From contig JBMFJD010000012.1 of NCBI GenBank assembly GCA_049974095.1, positions 2,723 to 17,999 on the forward strand: 15,277 nucleotides of DNA, given 5' to 3'. Origin of the DNA: Nanopusillaceae archaeon. Its GTDB lineage: Archaea > Nanobdellota > Nanobdellia > Nanobdellales > Nanobdellaceae. Under the pieces are notes generated by a model that had not been told where the DNA came from, ran no database searches, and saw nothing but the letters and a program-made list of their open reading frames with translations. Of this stretch, positions 1-6,326 are shown piece after piece. The position numbers and the translations under genes are program-made. The first letter of the stretch is position 1, and each line of letters starts with the position of its first letter.

Positions 1-75
1 ATTTTGTGAGAACACCGGTATTCCTAGTATACCTAAACCTAAAAGAGACAATATAAGTATCTTTCTTTTATCCAT
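1..75 (-). CDS. 5' end (25 codons, signal peptide) of a second copy of the large surface glycoprotein gene; the rest lies left of the window
   Basis: nt 1-77 are identical to 3993-4069. The minus-strand ATG at 73-75 gives MDKRKILILSLLGLGILGIPVFSQN, the same N-terminus as the 1024-aa ORF. Confidence 0.6.
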   Translation of the reverse strand, partial: MDKRKILILSLLGLGILGIPVFSQN

Positions 76-126
76 AACTATATTATATAGTATACTTATT
101 TATATTTATTTGTATTCAAGAATTAT
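1..126. repeat. Direct repeat copy 1 (promoter + start + signal peptide module of the large glycoprotein gene); probably continues left of the window
   Basis: Hand alignment with 3993-4118 (offset 3992) shows only 2 mismatches, at 78 and 112. The sequences diverge after about 126. Confidence 0.85.
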
Positions 127-172
127 GAAATATAACACCTATATATTTAAATACATAGAACAATAATATATT

Positions 173-547
173 ATGGAAGAGGACGTATGTAAAACATTTA
201 CAAACAAATTAAAAAAAGCTGTAGTAAATAGAGATCTTTATATAGATGTAAACTATGATAAAGAAAAAGGATTATGTATGATAAACTTCTATGATTCTAC
301 ATCAGAAAGATTATCCAGAGAGAAAGGAGCTCCAATGGCAACAATATTATCATATGTTGGATATGACCCACAAAGAAAGATGGTTGTAAACTATGATCTA
401 AATAGAATAGTATCTGGAAGGTTCTTTGAAGCTGAAAAAGTTAATAATATTGTAGTAGATTTTAAATATGCTAGGGTTGAAACCTATGGGAAAGAAGCAT
501 CTGTTGATGATTTTATGAAATTATTCACAAACTTTTTCTCTCAATAA
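173..547 (+). CDS. Hypothetical cytoplasmic protein, 124 aa (no signal peptide)
   Basis: Clean ATG ORF preceded by an AT-rich TATA-like region. The protein is Lys/Glu-rich and the family is not recognised. Confidence 0.6.
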   Translation: MEEDVCKTFTNKLKKAVVNRDLYIDVNYDKEKGLCMINFYDSTSERLSREKGAPMATILSYVGYDPQRKMVVNYDLNRIVSGRFFEAEKVNNIVVDFKYARVETYGKEASVDDFMKLFTNFFSQ

Positions 548-579
548 AATTATAAGAATATTGGTTATAGTCCCTTTTT

Positions 580-744
580 ATGGGTGCATACCTTGAAGTA
601 TTAGCTGTTCTTTTAGGTACAATTGTAGAAGTATTATTTTTAGTAGTACCATCATTATTTGTTAATGAGTATATTAAATTTATTGTAGGTATTATAGTAT
701 CCATCGATATATTAGCATTATTAAAGATATTAATGAATATATAA
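580..744 (+). CDS. Small hydrophobic protein, 54 aa, probably two TM helices; absent from the ORF track (below its size cutoff)
   Basis: Hand translation gives MGAYLEVLAVLLGTIVEVLFLVVPSLFVNEYIKFIVGIIVSIDILALLKILMNI, with TAA at 742-744. It fills the otherwise empty gap between two + strand genes and ends 2 nt before the next ATG. ATTATAAG at 549-556 lies about 27 nt upstream. Confidence 0.45.
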   Translation: MGAYLEVLAVLLGTIVEVLFLVVPSLFVNEYIKFIVGIIVSIDILALLKILMNI

Positions 745-746
745 TT

Positions 747-1001
747 ATGGATTTAAGCAAACCATATTGGGTAATTAGATGCCCACATTGTGGTAGATAT
801 CTATCATATTTTGTAATAAAGGAGGGTAAAAAGAAAACAAAGAAGTGTCCTTATTGTAAAAAAACAATCGTAATATTTGATGGAAAGAATCCATCTTGGT
901 CTGTTGTTAAAGAAACGTTTGATAATCCAAAAGATGCAGTAGAATATGTAAAACAAAAAAATAAAGAATTTATTACAGGACTATCATCTAAATTATCCTA
1001 A
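747..1001 (+). CDS. Zinc-ribbon protein (CxxC...CxxC), 84 aa
   Basis: The pairs CPHCG and CPYCK, 20 residues apart, form a four-Cys zinc ribbon, followed by a basic region. The 3' end overlaps the convergent 1024-aa gene by 9 nt. Confidence 0.7.
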   Translation: MDLSKPYWVIRCPHCGRYLSYFVIKEGKKKTKKCPYCKKTIVIFDGKNPSWSVVKETFDNPKDAVEYVKQKNKEFITGLSSKLS

Positions 1002-4000
1002 GTATTTTCTACGTGCGTAATACCAACCTACCAATACTATACCAACACCTGCTGCTACAAAGATTCCATATATAGATAATGGTGTAGTAGATGATGAAGT
1101 AGTACTATATGCTGTTGGTACAGATACTGATGGTGTTGATGTTGTAGGAGCTGGAGTAGGAGCTGTAGTTGTTGGGGTAGGGGAAGGAGTGGGTGAAGGT
1201 GATGGAGAAGATGATTGAGTTGGTATGGTATATTGTAATGGTGCTGTTGGTGTAGTTAATAACATACTTACTGGTGTTGGAGTTAAGTTTAATGCAGATA
1301 ATACATAGATATCTGTTTCTGTAGTTGATGTATTACTATTGTATAGTGTACAATCTATTAAGTATCCTTCTGGAAAACACTCTTGTATTATGTCTACATC
1401 TAATGACATATATTGATAATATGGCCACAATTGTATGTATGAATATTGTCCTGACGCTGGGGATATTTCTAATTCGTCCTGTGCTCCATATACTACAGAT
1501 GCATAATTTATAAATGAAAAATTCTCAATAGTTAACATCGAATATATACTATTATTACTTGGGTTTGCGAACGCTACCGGAATATAACCTGTCTCTCCTA
1601 ATCCTATATATGATGGTGAACTTATATTAGATCCAAATGTATCCAACATTGATGATTGATTTATTAGATTTAATATTATGTTATCCCCTTGTACTGTGTA
1701 ATTATATATATTCATGTTAATACATGTATATTGCATATTGTTATAATTTAGCATTGCATTATATCCTATAACATATTCTCCATTTACTAAAATATTACTT
1801 TCAGGTACTATTGTAGATAAGTTTCCAACAATTAATATTGATACTTGTTTTCCTGCTATATCTGCAACAGTCATACTTACAACATCGTCATAATACTCTA
1901 TATTGCTTACAGTCATAAAGCTAGCAATTTCAGTACCATTTATTAAAGTAAAGATTTGTCCAGTAGCTTTATTTATTGCAAATATAAATAGATATTGGTT
2001 TCCATTTGTTGATTGACCTGTATCAAATATTATATATACATAATCTTTTGTTTCTACAACATATATTGGAAAATTAATATCAACATACATTGGATTATAT
2101 GGTTGTGAATAACCACTATTTATAGATATTACTGGTATATTACCTTGTGTTATATTAAGTATTGTCTCTACTTCGCCAGTTGATGTATTCATAAAGTCTC
2201 CAGCATATATAGTATAGTTATCTACTTCCACATAATAATTACTATAGTAAGGTACATTAGGATTATATATACTAGAGACTAATTGAGGAGAGGAAATGTT
2301 ATTACCTGTTACTGTTATTTCATACAATAAATAGTTATTTGTAGTTGAGAATGGCAATGATATATAAGCAGTATCATTATATTCATAGGCAAATATATTA
2401 CCAAAAATAGGATATGCTTCATCTAAGGTATATCCTTGATTTGTTAAGTTTTGTACTAAACTAGATATATTCTCTGATGCTACTAGTCCTCCAGTTATGT
2501 TAAATAAACTTACTAATTGTGGATATTCTGTACCAATAACTGCTAGCATATATGGACTATTATTGTAAGTATATGGATATACATAGAATACGTTTACTCC
2601 AGATAGAGATGATTGATCGAATGTTACATTAAATATATGTAATAGATATGCTGTAAAGTTGGTATAATTGAATTGTTGTGGATAACATGTTGGTACTTGA
2701 GCAGGAACTGTATAATATATTTGAGTTGGAGTTGGAGTTAATGGTTGTCCAGATACTACATATATCGTTGTATTTCCATTACCAGTACATGTTATTAAAT
2801 AATTATCTGCTACACAATAAGCATCAAATGCCATATAACCTACAGAATCATTTACAATATTAAAGTCAAATAGATGAAAACTTGGACCTCCAGAAAATGC
2901 TATTGGCCCAAATAAGAAAATATCTGATCCATTATAATAGATTGGAGTAACTGGGTGTATATTTCCAGGAAGTAGCTCGGCAGAATTAAAGTTTGGTACT
3001 ATAAATAAATTAGAATTATTATACACATATGGAGAACAATAGAATGTATCATTAGTTATATTAAAGGTAAAAACAGAAATAGATAAATTTTGATAAACAG
3101 AGAGCTGTCCATAATAATTATCATATATCCAACCAGGATACTCACCAAAGGTACTACAATAAGTTGCAGATAAATTATATAAAGTGGTATTTACAATAAT
3201 GTCATCCCAATCGGGAGTGTTTACAGCAATTGCATAATCATTTGGATAATATGTTGATAAATATGCTGGATATCCATATAAACTATTCGTATTATTGTAA
3301 AATATATAGAGTTGACCATTATTAAGATTTATATCAGCAAGAGAGAATATGCCACCACTATATGATCCATAATCTATATAAATATTATTTGCTGTTGGAG
3401 AAACCGTATAAAGACCATAGATGGGAACAGATAAATTCAATAATAAAGTACCATTTGGGGAATATATTCCTAAACTTGAGATTATATATTGATTATTTTC
3501 TGGAGTATTTATGAAATATATATTTGATAGGTCTCCACTTATGGTAGCATTAGATACTAATTGAGGTGAAGAAATATTATTACCATTTACAGTTATTTGA
3601 TATAAATATAAGCTAGTATATGAACCTGTATAGAATGACTCTGAATATTGGTAGAATGGTATATCTATATATGCTGTATTATTATATTCATAGATGAATA
3701 TATTACCAGAAGCTCTACCACCAGTTGCTGTAAAACTACCAGTAGTATAACCTAGATTAATTAAGTATTGTACTAAACTAGAAATATCCTCTGATGCTAC
3801 TAATCCTCCGGTAATATTAAATAAATCGACAGAGAGTGGATAATTAGAACCCAATACAGTCAAAATATAAGGAGTACCGTTATAAGTATATTGACTTACA
3901 GCAAAAACATTTGTACCATTATAAGTAAATGTATTAAAAGTAAAATTTAGTACTGGTATAACATATACCGACATGTTCGTCACGGTTAATTCATTTTGTG

Positions 4001-4067
4001 AGAACACCGGTATTCCTAGTATACCTAAACCTAAAAGAGACAATATAAGTATCTTTCTTTTATCCAT
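993..4067 (-). CDS. Large membrane-anchored surface glycoprotein, 1024 aa: signal peptide, two homologous ~439-aa modules, Ser/Thr/Pro stalk, C-terminal TM anchor
   Basis: The N-terminus MDKRKILILSLLGLGILGIPVFSQ is a Sec-type signal. I hand-counted about 20 N-X-S/T sequons in the first ~445 residues. The stalk SSSPSPSPTPSPTPTTTAPTPAPTTSTPS maps to nt ~1080-1217. The C-terminal hydrophobic helix IYGIFVAAGVGIVLVGWYY plus the basic tail ARRKYLG maps to nt ~993-1073. Confidence 0.9.
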   Translation of the reverse strand: MDKRKILILSLLGLGILGIPVFSQNELTVTNMSVYVIPVLNFTFNTFTYNGTNVFAVSQYTYNGTPYILTVLGSNYPLSVDLFNITGGLVASEDISSLVQYLINLGYTTGSFTATGGRASGNIFIYEYNNTAYIDIPFYQYSESFYTGSYTSLYLYQITVNGNNISSPQLVSNATISGDLSNIYFINTPENNQYIISSLGIYSPNGTLLLNLSVPIYGLYTVSPTANNIYIDYGSYSGGIFSLADINLNNGQLYIFYNNTNSLYGYPAYLSTYYPNDYAIAVNTPDWDDIIVNTTLYNLSATYCSTFGEYPGWIYDNYYGQLSVYQNLSISVFTFNITNDTFYCSPYVYNNSNLFIVPNFNSAELLPGNIHPVTPIYYNGSDIFLFGPIAFSGGPSFHLFDFNIVNDSVGYMAFDAYCVADNYLITCTGNGNTTIYVVSGQPLTPTPTQIYYTVPAQVPTCYPQQFNYTNFTAYLLHIFNVTFDQSSLSGVNVFYVYPYTYNNSPYMLAVIGTEYPQLVSLFNITGGLVASENISSLVQNLTNQGYTLDEAYPIFGNIFAYEYNDTAYISLPFSTTNNYLLYEITVTGNNISSPQLVSSIYNPNVPYYSNYYVEVDNYTIYAGDFMNTSTGEVETILNITQGNIPVISINSGYSQPYNPMYVDINFPIYVVETKDYVYIIFDTGQSTNGNQYLFIFAINKATGQIFTLINGTEIASFMTVSNIEYYDDVVSMTVADIAGKQVSILIVGNLSTIVPESNILVNGEYVIGYNAMLNYNNMQYTCINMNIYNYTVQGDNIILNLINQSSMLDTFGSNISSPSYIGLGETGYIPVAFANPSNNSIYSMLTIENFSFINYASVVYGAQDELEISPASGQYSYIQLWPYYQYMSLDVDIIQECFPEGYLIDCTLYNSNTSTTETDIYVLSALNLTPTPVSMLLTTPTAPLQYTIPTQSSSPSPSPTPSPTPTTTAPTPAPTTSTPSVSVPTAYSTTSSSTTPLSIYGIFVAAGVGIVLVGWYYARRKYLG
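1263..3995 (-). repeat. Internal two-fold duplication of the large glycoprotein (period ~1317 nt / 439 aa), diverged
   Basis: LFNITGGLVASEDISSLVQ (from aa 82) matches LFNITGGLVASENISSLVQ (from aa 521). YEYNNTAYIDIPF matches YEYNDTAYISLPF, and ITVNGNNISSPQLVS matches ITVTGNNISSPQLVS. Both modules end with a Cys-containing segment followed by LTPTPT or LTPTPV. The DNA also matches at 3775-3810 versus 2455-2490. Confidence 0.75.
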
Positions 4068-4118
4068 AATTATATTATATAGTATACTTATTTATATTTA
4101 TTTATATTCAAGAATTAT
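3993..4118. repeat. Direct repeat copy 2 (promoter + start + signal peptide of the 1024-aa gene)
   Basis: Matches 1-126 with 2 mismatches. It contains TATAAATA about 25 nt upstream of the ATG at 4065-4067 (minus strand). Confidence 0.85.
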
Positions 4119-4149
4119 AAAGTATATAACTTAAAAAATATAGATAGGT

Positions 4150-4542
4150 TTAGGGATTTTCTATCGATAACTTCTTGAGCATCTCATCTATGAATTTCCC
4201 TTGCATCAATGTATCACGATCTTTTAACTCACCAATCATCTCACCAATAGAAAACTTATATACTAAATTACCATTTTCTCTTGTAAGGTATACTTCTGTA
4301 CCATATAAATTAGGGTCATTAGAGGAATAATATAATCTAAGTTTTTCATTAAATGGTACTGTAACTACCATATCTGAAGATAAAACATTATCTACTACAT
4401 CAAATGTAAATTTTGCTTGTACGTTGTTTGGCAATCTTATCTTAATTATACACCATTCAAGATCTTGATACCAATCCTTACCTATTACCTCATATCTTTT
4501 AGCCACATTATTTGCTATTTGGTAGCATGTTTCCTTATCCAT
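4150..4542 (-). CDS. Hypothetical cytoplasmic protein, 130 aa
   Basis: ATG ORF with no signal peptide. It sits directly upstream of the large glycoprotein gene on the same strand. It has N- and C-terminal helices around a beta-rich core and weakly resembles the 124-aa and 145-aa proteins. Confidence 0.65.
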   Translation of the reverse strand: MDKETCYQIANNVAKRYEVIGKDWYQDLEWCIIKIRLPNNVQAKFTFDVVDNVLSSDMVVTVPFNEKLRLYYSSNDPNLYGTEVYLTRENGNLVYKFSIGEMIGELKDRDTLMQGKFIDEMLKKLSIENP

Positions 4543-4596
4543 AATATATAATATAATTATAGTTATTTATAATATTTGTATTTAATAATCATGAAA

Positions 4597-5013
4597 TTAT
4601 TCCTCCATCCCATCCGATATCATATATCTAATATACTCACTAATATGGATTACTGAACCATTAAACCTTATAGCAAAGTATGTAGATTTTGGAGGAAATA
4701 TTTTATAATTACCGACAACTTCTAATAAAGATTCTTTGCTCATAACTTCCTTTGTCCTATAATTTAATACTAATAATTCTGGATCAAAGAAATCAAATAT
4801 TACAACCGGTACTTTTTTAATCCTTAATAATCTAGCCGCCTTCCATCTATGATGTCCATCTAATATTACAAATTTATCAAAGATATAAGATACCGCTAAT
4901 GGTAATTTTATTCCATTTACCTTTATATCGTATGCGAGTTGGATAACTTTACTTATATCGACCTGCTCATGCGGTACTAATCTATCTGTGTCAATAAAAG
5001 AAACACCGTTCAT
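4597..5013 (-). CDS. Stand-alone ParB/sulfiredoxin-like (ParB N-terminal nuclease-like) domain protein, 138 aa
   Basis: The segment IDTDRLVPHEQVDISKVIQLAYDIKVNGIKLPLAVSYIFDKFVILDGHHRWKAARLLRIKKVPVVI fits the ParB/Srx domain pattern: I-x-x-L-x-P ..., then a hydrophobic strand, DGxHR, an A-A helix and VP-V-I. No HTH or dimerisation domain and no adjacent ParA. Confidence 0.75.
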   Translation of the reverse strand: MNGVSFIDTDRLVPHEQVDISKVIQLAYDIKVNGIKLPLAVSYIFDKFVILDGHHRWKAARLLRIKKVPVVIFDFFDPELLVLNYRTKEVMSKESLLEVVGNYKIFPPKSTYFAIRFNGSVIHISEYIRYMISDGMEE

Positions 5014-5072
5014 ACCGTACTTCCATAAAAAGAAGATTCATTTTAGATATTATAAAACTATTCTTTAAAAAA

Positions 5073-5240
5073 TTAGAAATCTTCTCGTATTTTATCTAAT
5101 AGTTCATAATATCTTTCACCTAGATATTTTCTTAGTAGGAATTTTATCCCGACATTATATGATCTAAATTTTTCCTCACTAATGAGAATATCTAATAACT
5201 TCTTTGTATCTTCAGTTATAATAATTCTATATCGTTTCAT
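5073..5240 (-). CDS. Small ribbon-helix-helix-like (CopG/Arc type) putative transcription regulator, 55 aa from the internal ATG (track start 5264 is probably over-extended)
   Basis: MKRYRIIITEDTKKLLDILISEEKFRSYNVGIKFLLRKYL fits a strand-helix-turn-helix RHH pattern. The ATG at 5238-5240 leaves a 50-bp divergent promoter, whereas the track start leaves only 8 bp. Confidence 0.5.
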   Translation of the reverse strand: MKRYRIIITEDTKKLLDILISEEKFRSYNVGIKFLLRKYLGERYYELLDKIREDF

Positions 5241-5290
5241 AGATAAATATTGTATATAACACATATAAATATTTGTTAGAACATATTATA
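5241..5290. promoter_or_regulatory. Divergent promoter region between the RHH-like gene and the coiled-coil/Hjc-like operon
   Basis: CATATAAAT (about 5261-5270) reads as a TATA box on both strands. It is centred about 25-26 nt from both the minus ATG (5240) and the plus ATG (5291). Confidence 0.4.
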
Positions 5291-5596
5291 ATGGATGAAG
5301 AATTGAAGAAATATTTAGATGAAATTAATTCTAAACTTGACAGGATTTTGGAATTATTAACATTAAAACCCGCTAGTGATATAGAAGAAGAAAGTGAAAA
5401 TAAAAATGTAGAAGCTGAGGTTGAAGAATTTGAGAATGAATTATTAAATGAAATTAAAGAAAAAGGATGGCAATTTGTATATAAAAGTTATTTAGTGAAA
5501 AGATTACAAGAAAAAGGATTATCATTTGATGATTTTATAAAATATAGTAGATTATTCTACGAAAAAGAAAAAGATAAATTTTATCCAGTAGAATGA
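5291..5596 (+). CDS. Hypothetical protein, 101 aa from ATG (track uses TTG at 5273): N-terminal coiled-coil helix, acidic linker, C-terminal small helical (possibly winged-helix) domain
   Basis: The domains read MDEELKKYLDEINSKLDRILELL, then the EEESENKNVEAEVEEFENE acidic tract, then KGWQFVYKSYLVKRLQEKGLSFDDFIKY. The stop overlaps the next start (ATGA at 5593-5596). Confidence 0.65.
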   Translation: MDEELKKYLDEINSKLDRILELLTLKPASDIEEESENKNVEAEVEEFENELLNEIKEKGWQFVYKSYLVKRLQEKGLSFDDFIKYSRLFYEKEKDKFYPVE

Positions 5597-5892
5597 ATAG
5601 ATATAAAATAGGTTATAGATATGAAAGGAAGGTTATTGAAGAATTAAGAGAAAAAGGATATTTTACAGTAAGGACTCCTGCATCTCACACACCTATAGAT
5701 ATTATAGCAATAAATGATAAGGGAGAAGTATTATTGATACAGGTTAAGAAGAGAAAAGATAATAATATACCAAAGGATGTTATTGAAGAATTAGAAGAAT
5801 TTGCTAAATTCTTTAAAGATGCTAATAATGTAAAGATATTATTATATTTCTTTGGAAAAGATGGAAAAAAAGTTATAGAAATAAAAAACTAG
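5593..5892 (+). CDS. hjc: Short Holliday junction resolvase (Hjc-family, PD-(D/E)xK fold) homologue, 99 aa, with Gln at the catalytic Glu position
   Basis: IGYRYERKVIEELREKGYFTVRTPASHTPIDIIAINDKGEVLLIQVKKRKD aligns by eye with the Hjc core pattern G-x3-ER-x6-LR-x-KG-x3-R-x-PAS...P-DIIA...L-I-E-x-K-x-RK. That gives E11, D36, Q50 (CAG at 5740-5742) and K52. Confidence 0.8.
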   Translation: MNRYKIGYRYERKVIEELREKGYFTVRTPASHTPIDIIAINDKGEVLLIQVKKRKDNNIPKDVIEELEEFAKFFKDANNVKILLYFFGKDGKKVIEIKN

Positions 5893-6326
5893 GAATAAGA
5901 CAATCTTTGTAATAATGTTATTATATTATTAACTGCCGATGAATTTATATTATCTTCATCTATTCTTATAAATGCCTGTACATACTGATTCTGACCATTT
6001 AATGGGGGATAATACCTTAATGATATTTCATCAATATCTACTAATCTAGGATTTCTAACAGATATAAATTCATTACCTGTAACATTACCAGATATTTCTT
6101 GAGTTATGTATATTCCTGATCTTACACTTGGATATGTTGTTTCATATATAAATCTAAATTCTCCATTTATTACTCTATTCTTATTAGAATTTCTATAAGT
6201 AACTTTTACTGTACATGCTTTGAGGTACTCAAAGTTATACTCTACAGTATATCCAAACCTATTTAATGATGTCCTGAAGTCATCCGCTAGTTTTCTACAG
6301 TCTTCTACATTATCTATTACGGTCAT
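5889..6326 (-). CDS. Hypothetical cytoplasmic protein, 145 aa, translationally coupled to the last gene of the glycoprotein array
   Basis: Its start overlaps the family-A stop as TAATG at 6324-6328. No signal peptide. The 3' end overlaps the convergent Hjc-like gene at CTAG (5889-5892). Confidence 0.7.
   Translation of the reverse strand: MTVIDNVEDCRKLADDFRTSLNRFGYTVEYNFEYLKACTVKVTYRNSNKNRVINGEFRFIYETTYPSVRSGIYITQEISGNVTGNEFISVRNPRLVDIDEISLRYYPPLNGQNQYVQAFIRIDEDNINSSAVNNIITLLQRLSYS

Noticed and set aside
993-1001. The 9-nt convergent overlap of the zinc-ribbon gene and the large glycoprotein gene, and the CTAG overlap at 5889-5892, as regulatory antisense features
   Set aside because: Short 3'-3' overlaps are common in compact archaeal genomes, and no associated structure or conserved motif is visible. 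Noted only as evidence of tight packing.
1090-1130. ATGATGA ... CTGA pair resembling C and D boxes of a C/D box sRNA
   Set aside because: It lies inside the stalk-coding region of the 1024-aa gene. There are no convincing internal C' and D' boxes or terminal stem, and such short motifs are expected by chance.
1325-1513. Plus-strand 62-aa ORF, and similar ORFs at 2678-2863 (+), 6700-6903 (-, alternative frame) and 12554-12754 (+)
   Set aside because: All lie entirely inside long, well-supported glycoprotein genes. Their low-complexity Ile/Leu/Tyr-rich translations are typical of shadow frames in AT-rich DNA, and they have no promoter-like context.
1-4118. The 126-bp repeats at 1-126 and 3993-4118 as terminal repeats of an insertion sequence or transposon
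   Set aside because: The repeats are direct, not inverted. They encode a promoter plus signal peptide, and no transposase or integrase lies between them. Paralogous gene 5' ends explain them better.
4597-5013. ParB-like protein as part of a ParABS partition system
   Set aside because: There is no ParA/Walker ATPase gene in the window, no HTH or dimerisation domain in this 138-aa protein, and I could see no parS-like repeated palindromes. I call it only a ParB/Srx-fold protein.
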